Shown here one piece after another: positions 9,731 through 20,340 of a DNA stretch of 64,000 nt. The translations under genes were made by a program, and so were the position numbers. The stretch covers positions 32,001-96,000 of the forward strand of contig JBMNFY010000007.1 of the NCBI GenBank assembly GCA_050949565.1, given 5' to 3'. The notes below the pieces were generated by a model. It made no database searches, was not told the DNA's origin, and saw nothing but the letters and a program-made list of their open reading frames with translations. Each line of letters opens with the position of its first letter. The first letter of the stretch is position 1. This stretch comes from Kiritimatiellia bacterium (GTDB lineage: Bacteria; Verrucomicrobiota; Kiritimatiellia; RFP12; UBA1067).

Positions 9731-10765
9731 CTATTTCCCCATCAGTGCGTTGATGATCAGCAGGTCGAGTTCTTCATAGTCGCGCGCGGCGATGAGGGCG
9801 TCGATCGCCTTCTGATCCAGCCCGCGCGAGACCTCGAGCAGATTCAGGAAAACCGTGCGGCTGTTGGAGAGGTGCTTGGTGCTGACATCGAATTTTTGCG
9901 TGCGCATGGCTTTGATGTCGAGCCCGACAAACTCTCCGCTGCTGCCGTAGGCGTGGCGATCGAGAATGCGCACTTGATTGAACGCGCGCCGCAGGTCGAT
10001 GCTGCCGAAGCTGCGGTCCGCGTCGAACTTGATGCCGTTCTGGTCGTTCAGATGCACCGAGAAGAGTTTTTTGTGTGCCAGCGCAAAGCCCATCTCGTCC
10101 GAGGGATCAAGCCCGGCGAGAATCGCGTGCGCGCTCTCGATATTTACGCCGACGCGCGCGGGATCGGAGCAGAGGTGCCCCAGAGCGATCGCGTGACCGG
10201 TGGTGGGGATGTAGGCCTGATCGACAGGCTCGTTGGGCTTGGGCTCAATCGCAATGCGGATGGAGGAGTCATGGGCCAGCATGCGGTTGATGGCCTCGAC
10301 GAGATACTCGGTCGAGCGCTTGCTGTCCTTGGATTCGCGCACGTAGGTGCCTTCGCGGGCCAGCCAGAGCACGATCAGCTTGGTGTCCAGCGCATGGGCA
10401 ATGTCGATGGCCCGCAGACTGCGCTCGATGGCGTAGGTGCGGCAGGCAGGATCGTTGGCGGTGTAGCCGCCGTCGATCGTGCGCGGGTCTTCCCAGAGCC
10501 GGGGGGCCACGAATTCGGCGACCAGCCCTTCGCCGTCCAGCATACTCTTCACCTCTTTGGCCTTTTTCGCGAGCGCGGTGGAGTCGAGGTCATTCAGGTC
10601 GGGCACGGCGTCGTCATCGTGAAATTGGACGCCATCGAAGCCCAGCGGTTTGAACAGCTTCAGCTTCTGAGCGAATGACATTGAGTCGCGCACGGGCGGA
10701 CCGAAGGGATCAGCGCCTTCGTGAATGTTCCAAGGGCCAAATGAGAAACGGAATGTCGTCTGCAT
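9731..10765 (-). CDS. xylA: Xylose isomerase (class I-like TIM barrel)
   Basis: GADPFG, VQFHDDD, IEPKPNEP, HLNDQ...FDAD metal-site motifs. Confidence 0.88.
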   Translation of the reverse strand: MQTTFRFSFGPWNIHEGADPFGPPVRDSMSFAQKLKLFKPLGFDGVQFHDDDAVPDLNDLDSTALAKKAKEVKSMLDGEGLVAEFVAPRLWEDPRTIDGGYTANDPACRTYAIERSLRAIDIAHALDTKLIVLWLAREGTYVRESKDSKRSTEYLVEAINRMLAHDSSIRIAIEPKPNEPVDQAYIPTTGHAIALGHLCSDPARVGVNIESAHAILAGLDPSDEMGFALAHKKLFSVHLNDQNGIKFDADRSFGSIDLRRAFNQVRILDRHAYGSSGEFVGLDIKAMRTQKFDVSTKHLSNSRTVFLNLLEVSRGLDQKAIDALIAARDYEELDLLIINALMGK

Positions 10766-10865
10766 GATATCAAACCTCCTAAGTTAGAATGATAATGACA
10801 GAATGTGATGCCAGTATACCTGAGTGCGCAGCGGAAGTCTTTACCAAATTTTTATCTGATTTTCG

Positions 10866-10893
10866 CGTAATCGGTTAGTGACAGGGGCTTGCG
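10866..10893 (-). promoter_or_regulatory. 28-bp 11-6-11 recurrent site (first of 7 copies)
   Basis: Reads cgcaagcccct-gtcact-aaccgattacg on minus; other copies 11814-11841, 16753-16780, 40044-40071, 46143-46170, 55352-55379, 63716-63743. Confidence 0.7.
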
Positions 10894-10962
10894 AGTTTAG
10901 TGCGTGGTTTGTGTGTGCGCAGTCGGGAGCGCCCGCAGAAAGTTGAAAGTTAGAAGTTGAAT

Positions 10963-11153
10963 GTTTTTTAACTCAGAACGCTGAACGTCGAACTCTGAAC
11001 TCTGAAGGTGAAAACTCCTTGCCTATAACTTGGCATTAAAATAGGGGCACGGGTTTTCCAACCCGTGGCACGGACAGGAATGTCCGTGCTCCTTTCGCCG
11101 CGCACAGCGCGGCCGGTCAAGCAGACGCTTGACCCTCCCGGTGCTCCGCGAGC
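10963..11153 (+). repeat. 191-bp repeat, left copy of inverted pair with 17150-17340
   Basis: By-eye alignment to reverse complement of 17150-17340 shows 4 mismatches. Confidence 0.92.
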
Positions 11154-11987
11154 TCGGTAAAAGATTTTGTGCGGCGGCAAGCGGTATTCCGCGCGACGCC
11201 GCTTTTTGAACCCTTAGTCCCAGCACTTCGTCGGTTACACTTCGTCCCTACACTTCGCCGCTGGCGTAATCTACCAAGTGGTTTCGACTGTAGACGACTA
11301 AGTGTGTGTCTCCGCTCACGGCGCGGAGAGAAAGCGGTGCCGCGACCCGCGCACAGCGCGGCTCTTGTCACCGCAAATTTTCCGCTGCGCCATGCACGGT
11401 CTAAATACGCCAGATACCTGCCAACTCTCAACGCTCAACTTTCAACGCTCAAGTAGGCGGCGCATGCGCCGCCGGACGAGCAGACGCTCGTCCCTCCCGG
11501 TGCTCCGTAATGAAACCTGAAACCATCCTTCCGCACAGCGGAAGGCGGCTCGTGGGGACACTTGCCCTCCAAATCAAATCATGTAGTTCATGCGCCCGCG
11601 TAGCGGGAAATTAGGTCAATCAGGCCAAAAAAAATTAAACCACGGAACACGGGCAAGATGCCCGTGCCACACCCGTAGCATGGGCGTCCCGCCCATGAAG
11701 CGCACACGGGCAAGATGCTCGTGCCACACCCCTTTTGCAAGGCGTGCTGTCGCTGGCGAGAACGCCCGCGTTATTTTCTCACGACCTCCTTTTCACCAGA
11801 AACGTATGATCCTCGCGCACCCCTGTCACGAACCGATTGCCCAAATTTACTCGATTCCCCTTGCCGATCACGTTCCCGTTTCGTACCATTGCAACGATTT
11901 TTATGCGGGGAAGGTCGATTACCGAGATGACGCGGATGGCGTCTCGGCGGTCGCGGAAACACGTCCGGCCTATGCCGGAGAAGAGAA

Positions 11988-13949
11988 ATGAAAAAGGGGA
12001 AAGTTATGATCTGCAATCGCAATGTTTGGCTGGCGGTAATCGCGGCGGCTTTCGTTTGTCACGGCGGGCAGGAGAATCTGGTGCGCAACCCCGGCTTCGA
12101 GCAGACGGAGCCTTCCGGGGCCACTGTCGCTTGGCCCGAACGCAAACCGGTGTATCGCTTTGCGGATGGCGCAGGACGGGAGGGCTCGCGGGGACTGGTC
12201 TTTGAGAACAGCGATCCCAAGTTCTACTCGTTTCCGTCGCAGGCGCTCGACCTGCAGCGCGGGTGTTGCTACGCCTATGAAGTATGGGTCCGGACCGAAA
12301 ACCTTGTGGGCGAGGAGTCGGGGGCGGCGGTCTGCATGGAGTGGTATGACGGCAGTAAATATCTGGGCGGGGCGTATGCCGAAGGGGTGCGTGGAACCAG
12401 CGAGGGCTGGCAGCGCGTACACGGTTTCACGCGCGCTATCCCGACGAATGCCACGCGCGTCAGCATCTCCCCCTATGTGCGCCGCGGCATGACCGGCAAG
12501 GCGTGGTTCGATGATCTCAAGGTGACGCGCTACGTGCCGCCGCTGGTTCGCGCCGTGAGCGTTTCCACTTATCGCCATGTCGCGGCGGAGGGCCCCGTGT
12601 CATTTCATGCGGCGCTCACGTTGGACGAGTCCGGCGTGGTGCCTTCGGAAGTGAAGGGACTTTTCAGCATCGAAACGAGTGATGGTCAGACGGTGAAACG
12701 CTTGGAACCGGCGACGCTGACCGAACGCCATGCCGCATGCACGTTGGACGCGCGGACGCTACCGGTCGGCACCTACACAGTGCGCTTTACTTTGAATATG
12801 CGTGACGGGACATCTCGCGGTAGCGCGCAGACCCATTTCTTGCGCGTTGATCGTCTGCCGGAGCGGCGTGTGTTCATCGACCCGCACCGGCGGCTGATCG
12901 TGGACGGACAACCGTTCTTCCCGCTCGGCATGTATTGGGGCGGCGTCAAAGAGAAGGAGTTGGGAATTTACGCCAAAGGGCCTTTCAACTGCCTGATGCC
13001 GTACGGCAGTCCGACGACGAATCAGATGGATGCTTGCCATGCGCGCGGCCTCAAGGTGATCTACTCGATCAAAGATTACTACTCCGGCACACGCTGGGCA
13101 CCTGCCCACATGAAGACCGAAGCGGATGAGGTGGCCGAAATCCAGCGGCGCGTGGCGCTGCACGGGAAACATCCGGCCCTGTTGGCTTGGTACATCAACG
13201 ATGAACTGCCGCTCGCGATGGTGGATCGGCTGGCCGCGCGCCAGCGGTTGATGGAGAAGCTTGATCCTGATCATCCCACATGGGTGGTTCTGTATCAGCA
13301 TGACCAAGTGGACGCCTACCTGCCGACCTTCGATGTGATCGGAACCGATCCCTATCCGTTGCCCGCCAAGCCGGTCGGTACGGCGTTGCTGTGGACGCGC
13401 AACACGCGTGATCTTTCTTTCGGCACGCGGGCCATGTGGCAAGTGCCTCAGGTCTTCGATTGGGGCGCATACCGCAAAGGCGAAGCCCGCGAGAAAACAC
13501 GCGCGCCGACGCTGGCGGAGATGCGCGCTATGGCGTGGCAGTGCGTGGCTGCCGGTGCGAACGGATTGGTTTTCTACTCCTTCTTTGACCTGTTCAAGAT
13601 GCATGACCGCGATCCATTCGAGCGGCGTTGGGCTGATGTCTGCGCGATGGGCGAGGAACTCAAGCGTTACATTCCGGTCATGCTCTCGATCGAGCCGCTG
13701 CCGCAATTGACTTGCAAGGCACCGGCGTCCGTGGAAACGCGCGCGTGGCGTGTGGGGTCACATCTCTACCTGCTGGCAGTGAACGGTGACACGGCGGCGG
13801 CTGATGCCGAGGTTTCGATCGCGGGCGGCTTCTCAGAGCTTCACGCTGAATTCGGTCAGGTGCCCAAGGTTTTGGACGGCGGTCGACTGGCCTTCCGCCT
13901 TGACCCGCTGGATCCGGTGATGGTGCGGGTGAAGCTAGGTAAGAGGTAA
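11988..13949 (+). CDS. Exported CBM4/9-like domain plus putative glycoside hydrolase TIM barrel
   Basis: Signal peptide; ENLVRNPGFE and AWFDDLKV CBM motifs; VDGQPFFPLGMY, LLAWYINDE, GTDPYP. Confidence 0.75.
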   Translation: MKKGKVMICNRNVWLAVIAAAFVCHGGQENLVRNPGFEQTEPSGATVAWPERKPVYRFADGAGREGSRGLVFENSDPKFYSFPSQALDLQRGCCYAYEVWVRTENLVGEESGAAVCMEWYDGSKYLGGAYAEGVRGTSEGWQRVHGFTRAIPTNATRVSISPYVRRGMTGKAWFDDLKVTRYVPPLVRAVSVSTYRHVAAEGPVSFHAALTLDESGVVPSEVKGLFSIETSDGQTVKRLEPATLTERHAACTLDARTLPVGTYTVRFTLNMRDGTSRGSAQTHFLRVDRLPERRVFIDPHRRLIVDGQPFFPLGMYWGGVKEKELGIYAKGPFNCLMPYGSPTTNQMDACHARGLKVIYSIKDYYSGTRWAPAHMKTEADEVAEIQRRVALHGKHPALLAWYINDELPLAMVDRLAARQRLMEKLDPDHPTWVVLYQHDQVDAYLPTFDVIGTDPYPLPAKPVGTALLWTRNTRDLSFGTRAMWQVPQVFDWGAYRKGEAREKTRAPTLAEMRAMAWQCVAAGANGLVFYSFFDLFKMHDRDPFERRWADVCAMGEELKRYIPVMLSIEPLPQLTCKAPASVETRAWRVGSHLYLLAVNGDTAAADAEVSIAGGFSELHAEFGQVPKVLDGGRLAFRLDPLDPVMVRVKLGKR

Positions 13950-13964
13950 TAGGGTCTAATTCCC

Positions 13965-16526
13965 TTACTGCTCCTGCGGCACGACGACGAAAACGGGTGT
14001 TCGGCCAACCTCGACGGACGCCGCGCCGACGAGTTCATTTCCCATCGCATCCCATAGGCGCCCCCCCTGCGGCAGAGCCGCGCGATCGAGCCGTGCGCGT
14101 CCCGGCACGAGTACGTCGTCCCATAGAACGCTCACCGAACGGTCGTCCCCACGGAACCGCGCCACGCGCATGCCCTCGGGCGGCGGGGCCAAGGGGGCGG
14201 GTTCAAGGCCATCAATGAAATAGGCGGTCACGGCGGTGGCGGCGGCCACCGGCGAGACGGCACGGTCGTAGTCGGCCAGATTCATCAGCCCGTGCCCGTC
14301 AAAACGGTCCGTGTTGTGCAGCGAATAGAGGAAAAGCTTGGCGATGCCGTTCGCGAACGTGTCCGCCCAGCAGCGCGCGCCAAAGGCAACCGCCTCCTCG
14401 AGATCCTCGGGCGGCGTGCGGCGGAAGGTGTAGAAGCTGGCCGTCATGCTCAGGTTGCCTTCCGTATTCCAGATTTCCGGCGCGGCGCGAGCGCCGAACG
14501 TCGCGCGCATGTTGGCGATGAGGGCGCCGCCGTCGGTGTCGCCGTCGCCGGGGACGTTGCAGAAGTAATAGTGCATCGAGTTGATGTCCGGCCGCTCCGC
14601 GACCGGGGCGCTCTCCAGAAACGGTTTCACGTAGTCGGGACTCGACAGCTCGGTACACCAGCCGACGACCTTCGCGGACGGATTGCCCTTTCGGAGCGCC
14701 GCCGCGCCGGCGTTGAAGACGGGGCCGAACTCCGCCGCCGTGCCGCGGAAGAAATAGCCGGAGATGTAGGGTTCGTTCCACACCTCCCAGTGGTCGATGC
14801 GGCCGGCGTAATGCGCCGCCACCTGCTCGCACCAGGCCGCGAAGGCCGCGGCGTCGTAATGGTGCTTCCCCTGCGCGTCCACGGGATGCGCCCACTCTGG
14901 CGGCCCGTCCGGCAGCCCGAGAATCGCGATGCCCGCCGCCCGGACGGCGTCGACCGGTTCATCGAACCATCTCCACTCGCCCGGCTTCGGGTTGCCGCAG
15001 GACATTTTCGTGATGCCCGAACAGTCATGCAGCCGCTCCCAGCCCATGCCGATCGCCCGCGCATAGCGGATGAAATACGGCGAAAGGCGGAAATGCGTGC
15101 CGAAGCGGCTGCGCTCCCCCAGTCCACGTGGAGGCGGCAAACGGGCCAGCACACGCTCGCACCGCACGGCGGACGAGGCGTCCTGCGGCACAAGCTCCAC
15201 GCGTAGAAGGCCGTTCGCATTCGGCTCAACGTCGAGGTGATGCGTCTTGCCGCCGGCCACAAGCTCCACGCGCCGCTCATGCACCAGGCGGTTCGGATAC
15301 GCCGTCACCCGCAGGGTGGCATGCACCACGGTCCCCGTCGGGCTGTCGGCCGCATGCGCCGCCAGGCGCAGCGGAAGAGGCCGTCCCCACGGCACGATGG
15401 CCGGCTGGTCCGTCGGCGCGTCGAATGCCAGTTCAAGCTCGTGGGGCGCGGCGGGGGCGTACGGCGTCGCGCGCGACCCCAGTTCAAACTGGAGTCCGTC
15501 CACGCGCACGGCATGGCCGTTGTCGCAGGATATCGTAAGCGCCGCCTGCCGGACATCCTCGGGGACGGGCGGCGTCGTCACCTCCAACCGCACCCATCCG
15601 TCCTGTGCCGCCACGGGAAACGTTTTGCCGAAGCGCCATTTGTTCGAATTGAGCCGTCCGTCCCAGCCGCCCAGTCGGACATGTGCCGTACCTTCTTCGC
15701 ATTTTGCCCAAAGCGAAAATGTATACGCTTGCCCGCTCGCCACATCCATCGGACGCGTGACGGTCTCGCCCGCCGTATAGGGACGTTTCGGGAACCACAG
15801 CGCCCGTCGGCCGAACTTGCCGCCCGCGATCCATTCCGGACGCGCGTCCTGCCATTCGCTCCACGCTTCGCCGGTGAAGACGGTGTTGATGAAGAAGTTG
15901 TCGTCCTTCGCCTCGCAGGAGCTTGATGGCACGAGGTTTCCGGCGACGGGTGGATTGTTGTTCTTCTCCACGGTCGCGTCGGGGTTGGCGTCAAATTCCT
16001 CAACCATCACGTCGTCCAGCAGAAAGTGTCCTATGCTGCCTGTGGAGACCATCACGCCAAATCCGCTCTGCACATCGGCCTTGGCGCAGAATGCGAACGC
16101 ATGCCGCTGCCAGCCGTTCGTGGGGCGGAACGTGTTCCCCGCGCCATACATCGTCCAGGGGTAGCCGATTTTCCGCACGCACACGTTGATCTTGCCGGGA
16201 TGATCTATGCCTTTCAGGAGAAAGCTCACGCGGTACCAGCGCTGCTGCCACATCGGCCAGGCGGGCGAGAAGATCTGCAGTTCGCCGCCGAAGTTGCTGG
16301 TCATGTCCACGTTCATCGCCCGCCCTCGACCGTCTGCACCTGTTTGGCTGCCGAACGCGCACGTCCGTCTGCCCCAGTTGCCCACGATCCAGCCCTCCGG
16401 GGCGCTCCGACCGTCCAACGGCATGTCGTCGAACGTCCAATGCGCCACAAGCCGACCCGCATTCGCCCCGGCTAGCGACACTATGCAGCCCCACACGGCC
16501 ACGGAAAGAGCAAGCGACGTCTTCAT
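13965..16526 (-). CDS. Exported multi-CBM plus clan GH-A (GH39/GH5-like) glycoside hydrolase
   Basis: Start reassigned to MKTSLAL; LLDDVMVEE and VDGLQFELG CBM motifs; HWEVWNEP acid/base and IWNTEG nucleophile motifs. Confidence 0.78.
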   Translation of the reverse strand: MKTSLALSVAVWGCIVSLAGANAGRLVAHWTFDDMPLDGRSAPEGWIVGNWGRRTCAFGSQTGADGRGRAMNVDMTSNFGGELQIFSPAWPMWQQRWYRVSFLLKGIDHPGKINVCVRKIGYPWTMYGAGNTFRPTNGWQRHAFAFCAKADVQSGFGVMVSTGSIGHFLLDDVMVEEFDANPDATVEKNNNPPVAGNLVPSSSCEAKDDNFFINTVFTGEAWSEWQDARPEWIAGGKFGRRALWFPKRPYTAGETVTRPMDVASGQAYTFSLWAKCEEGTAHVRLGGWDGRLNSNKWRFGKTFPVAAQDGWVRLEVTTPPVPEDVRQAALTISCDNGHAVRVDGLQFELGSRATPYAPAAPHELELAFDAPTDQPAIVPWGRPLPLRLAAHAADSPTGTVVHATLRVTAYPNRLVHERRVELVAGGKTHHLDVEPNANGLLRVELVPQDASSAVRCERVLARLPPPRGLGERSRFGTHFRLSPYFIRYARAIGMGWERLHDCSGITKMSCGNPKPGEWRWFDEPVDAVRAAGIAILGLPDGPPEWAHPVDAQGKHHYDAAAFAAWCEQVAAHYAGRIDHWEVWNEPYISGYFFRGTAAEFGPVFNAGAAALRKGNPSAKVVGWCTELSSPDYVKPFLESAPVAERPDINSMHYYFCNVPGDGDTDGGALIANMRATFGARAAPEIWNTEGNLSMTASFYTFRRTPPEDLEEAVAFGARCWADTFANGIAKLFLYSLHNTDRFDGHGLMNLADYDRAVSPVAAATAVTAYFIDGLEPAPLAPPPEGMRVARFRGDDRSVSVLWDDVLVPGRARLDRAALPQGGRLWDAMGNELVGAASVEVGRTPVFVVVPQEQ

Positions 16527-17149
16527 CTGACGACGATTACCAGTCTGCCGTCGCCGCGCATAACGCGGCAATGAATGCGGCTTGTCCGATGCGAGGCCGT
16601 GACTGACCTGCACTTACCTTCCTGCGCTTCGTGTCGTGAATCGTCATTTTTTGAGTTCCTTTTCTTATCGCGCTTGTGTCGAGTCGCAAAACGCTGACAA
16701 AAAGGCATTGTCACACATTCCGAGGCGTTTGTCTAATGGACTTCCCCCCCAAAAAAATCGGTTCGTGACAGGGATGTGTGAAGATCGTGCGTTTATGGTG
16801 AAAGGGGGAGTAGAAAGTCGGGCGCGGGTGTCCTCGCCCACAACAACGTGTCTTGTAAAAGGGTGTGGCACGGGCATCTTGCCGTGTTCCATGGTTTCAT
16901 TTTTTGACAGGATTTCCCGCTGCGCGGACGCGTAAACGACACGATCGACATGATTGACATGATTTGGAGGGCGAGTGTCCCCACGAGCCGCAGCCGCGCT
17001 GTGCGCGGATTTTTCACTTCTGCGTTCTGCGTTCGACGTTCTGCGTTCTGCGTTCAAAAGAGACGGCGTTAAACGCCGCCCACTTGAGCGTTGAAAGTTG
17101 AGCGGACGGCGGCTCGTGGGGACACTCGCCCTCCAGTGCTGCGGTCTGG

Positions 17150-17340
17150 GCTCGCGAAGCACCGGGAGGGTCAAGCGTCTGCTTGACCGGCCGCGCTGTG
17201 CGCGGCGAAAGGAGCACGGACATTCCTGTCCGTGCCACGGGTTGGAAAACCCGTGCCCCTATTTTAATGCCAAGTTATAGGCAAGGAGTTTTCGACTTCA
17301 GAGTTTAGAGTTCGACGTTCAGCGTTCTGAGTTAAAAAAC
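17150..17340 (-). repeat. 191-bp repeat, right inverted copy
   Basis: Reverse complement of 10963-11153. Confidence 0.92.
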
Positions 17341-17356
17341 TCCTAACTCCTAAATC

Positions 17357-18457
17357 CTAAATCCTAACTCCGCGCGGCAGCGCGGCCGCGCGGTAGGCGG
17401 CTTCGCGTTCGAGGCAACCCGCGACGGCGGCGTGGATCGCGTCGAGGGTGTTTAGTTCATGCAGGCGTCCGCGCACGTAGGACGAGCCTTTGAGTCCGTG
17501 CAGGTAGCGGAAGAGGTGGCAACGGAAGGTTGTGGCCAGCGTTTCCTCCAACTGTGCGGCATCGACAGGCAGGCCAGAGCGCGCTTGGATGCGTTCGAAC
17601 AACGCGATTTCGGCCGCGATATGCGCTTCGAACGTGTCGCGGATCACGGTGAGGTCGCGGCGCGGACGCGCGCCGGCAAAGGCGGGCGCCGGAGGTTCTG
17701 CGCCGGAAGCAAACGCCGCCAGCGTGTCTTCAAAGATCCAGGGATTGCCGAGTGCGGCGCGGGCGATCATGATGGCGTCCACGCCGGTTTCGTGAAACAT
17801 GCGCCACGCATCGTACGGGGAGGCCACGCCGCCATTGCCGATGACTGGGAGTGTCGCGCGTCGTTTCACTTCGGCCAGCAGGTCGAGATGCACGGGACCG
17901 CCGTGGCCCTGCGAGGTGAAGCGTCCATGTAGCGTGAGGGCGTCGGCACCAGCTTGTTCGGCGGCGTCGAGAGTTTCAAAGATGGCTACACGGTCAGGGG
18001 ACGGCCCAAGACGCGTCTTGAGGGTCAGCGGCAAACGGATGGCGCGTCGCATCGCGGAGAGAATGGCATGGATGCGGCGGGGGTCATGGATCAGGGCGGC
18101 GCCGGCACCGTTCGCGGTGATTTTGTGAACCGGACAGCCAGCGTTGAGGTCGATGCCGACAAAGCGTCCGCTCTGCTCGACACGGACGGCGGCCTCTGCC
18201 AACGACGCAGGGTCGGAACCATAGAGATGGGCGATGACCGGTCCTTCGTCGTCAAAGGTTTCCAGCAGATGCCAGGTCTTGTCAGAGGTGTGTAGCAGGC
18301 CAAGATCACTCGTCATTTCGGTATACGTCAGCGCGGCACCGTGCTGATGACAGAGGCGGCGCATCGGAGCGTTGGTATAACCGGCCATCGGTGCCAAGAA
18401 GAGTAGGGGGGACTGGCGGGATGGAAGGTCGAAACATGCATGCAGAGTCTTGCCCAT
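17357..18457 (-). CDS. dusB: tRNA-dihydrouridine synthase (DusB-like)
   Basis: LAPMAG, YTEM, DLNAGCP, LKTRLG, LHGR, IGNGGV, MIARAALGNPW. Confidence 0.9.
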   Translation of the reverse strand: MGKTLHACFDLPSRQSPLLFLAPMAGYTNAPMRRLCHQHGAALTYTEMTSDLGLLHTSDKTWHLLETFDDEGPVIAHLYGSDPASLAEAAVRVEQSGRFVGIDLNAGCPVHKITANGAGAALIHDPRRIHAILSAMRRAIRLPLTLKTRLGPSPDRVAIFETLDAAEQAGADALTLHGRFTSQGHGGPVHLDLLAEVKRRATLPVIGNGGVASPYDAWRMFHETGVDAIMIARAALGNPWIFEDTLAAFASGAEPPAPAFAGARPRRDLTVIRDTFEAHIAAEIALFERIQARSGLPVDAAQLEETLATTFRCHLFRYLHGLKGSSYVRGRLHELNTLDAIHAAVAGCLEREAAYRAAALPRGVRI

Positions 18458-18631
18458 AACACGTGAAGCATAGCGGAATTCTCCAGAATGCCACACCACA
18501 AAAAGCGAATCATGGCGGAAGTAAATCCTAAATCCCCCAATCCTAAATCCTCCTTGTCTTGGGCGCTGTGTTATGTCAATGTTTCACCGATGCGGTTAAC
18601 TCGTCTAGGCAGACTTCAGCCATACAGGAAT

Positions 18632-20254
18632 ATGAAACGGCTACGGCGCATTGTCGCGGTTGCCTTGGGCTGTGCCTTTACCTATATGCGCGCCCGGGTG
18701 CGACTGTACCGCGAGATGAAAAAAACCGGCGTTTCGGTTGATACCGCCGTCTGTCTCGGCTCTGCTTTACGTACGGCATGCGAGCGTCTGGGCCCCACCT
18801 TTATCAAGTTCGGTCAAGTGCTCAGCACGCGGCGCGACCTGTTGCCGGATGGTGTCGCTGACGAGTTGGCGCGGCTGCAAGACGGTGTCGAGGCCATGCC
18901 GCTGGCCGACGCTATTGCGGTGGTGGAGAGCGAGTACAGGCAGCCGCTCAACACGATTTTCTCTTATTTTTCGGAAACTCCCCTGGGCGCGGCATCGCTT
19001 TCTCAAGTACATGCGGCGCGCCTGGCCGCTACCGGCGAAGCGGTGGTCGTGAAGATCCAGCGTCCCGGTATTCAGGCGCTGGTCGATACCGACATTGATT
19101 TGCTGAGCCGCTTCATTCCCTTGCTCGAACGACACGTCGTAGAACTGCGCCACCTGAACCTCCATAGCATCGTGGAAGAGTTCTACAAGACGATCCGCAT
19201 GGAGATGGATTTCAAGCGTGAAATGCACAACACGCAGAAATTCCATAAGATTTTCGCCGACGATCCAACCGTCAAAATACCTCTGATCTACAAGGAACTC
19301 TGTACCGACAAAGTTCTGGTCATGGAAGAGCTGAAAGGTGTTAAGATCGATCAGGTCGATGAACTTGTTCGGCTGGGCTATGACCGCGACGCGCTCTCTA
19401 AGAGCTTGGTGGCGTTGTTGTCGAAACAGATTTTTACGCACGGCATTTACAACGGGGATGTTCACGCTGGCAATATTCTGGTGATGCCGGGGCCGACCAT
19501 CGGCCTTTTCGACTTTGGCATGGTGCGCACCATCGACCCCGAAACGCAGAAGCTGATGATCGACTTGTTCGTGGCGGTGGTAACCAAAGACGCGATCCGC
19601 ATGAGCCGGATCCTTGTGGCGTATACCGAGCCCGGTCATCAGCCGGACACGAAGCGTCTGGCCCGCGATTTGCATGAACTGCTGGTGTTCTATTACGACC
19701 TCTCCGCTGAAGACCTGAGCGTGGAGACTCTGCTGGAGACGATCATGGACCTGCTTGCCACGCATAAGCTGGTGATGCCCCAACAGTTGATCATGCTCTG
19801 CCGGGCGGCGGTGATGACCGAGAGCATCGTGCGTACGTTATCTCCGCGCATCTACTTTGTGATTGAGCTTTCGCCCTTTATCAAGGAGGCTATCAAGAAC
19901 CGCTTTTCGTTGAGTAACGTACGTGATGAACTGGGGCGGCTGGCGGCTGACGGAACACGCGCGATCAGGGCATTGCCCGGTGCGCTGGGAACATTCCTGA
20001 CGAATATGAACGACGGTGTCCTGCGGATCGAATCGCAACATCGCGATATGGAGCGGTACACGCATCAACTCCGCCGCATGACGACGTGCCTTGCGTTGAG
20101 CGTGATCAGCGTTTCGCTGTTTCTGGGGTCGGTCGTGCTTGTGGTGTTTGCCAAGGACGGTGCGCCCGGCTTGGCGATGGCCGCTCGCATCGGACTCATC
20201 GCGGCTGCGATTCTGATCTGTGCGACATTACTCAAAATGTTCCGACAGCGCTAA
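18632..20254 (+). CDS. AarF/ABC1/UbiB family atypical kinase
   Basis: LGPTFIKFGQ, PLGAASLSQVH, VVKIQRP, GDVHAGN, FDFGM; two C-terminal TM helices. Confidence 0.9.
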   Translation: MKRLRRIVAVALGCAFTYMRARVRLYREMKKTGVSVDTAVCLGSALRTACERLGPTFIKFGQVLSTRRDLLPDGVADELARLQDGVEAMPLADAIAVVESEYRQPLNTIFSYFSETPLGAASLSQVHAARLAATGEAVVVKIQRPGIQALVDTDIDLLSRFIPLLERHVVELRHLNLHSIVEEFYKTIRMEMDFKREMHNTQKFHKIFADDPTVKIPLIYKELCTDKVLVMEELKGVKIDQVDELVRLGYDRDALSKSLVALLSKQIFTHGIYNGDVHAGNILVMPGPTIGLFDFGMVRTIDPETQKLMIDLFVAVVTKDAIRMSRILVAYTEPGHQPDTKRLARDLHELLVFYYDLSAEDLSVETLLETIMDLLATHKLVMPQQLIMLCRAAVMTESIVRTLSPRIYFVIELSPFIKEAIKNRFSLSNVRDELGRLAADGTRAIRALPGALGTFLTNMNDGVLRIESQHRDMERYTHQLRRMTTCLALSVISVSLFLGSVVLVVFAKDGAPGLAMAARIGLIAAAILICATLLKMFRQR

Positions 20255-20340
20255 CGCGGGCGATGTCGCACCCCTCGCACAAAGGCACTGGAGAAGTTCA
20301 GATTGCGGGTTTCGCCCGCATTAGGGAGTTGAGGATTGGT

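Noticed and set aside
9707-10678. 323-aa plus-strand ORF
   Set aside because: Antisense shadow of xylA.
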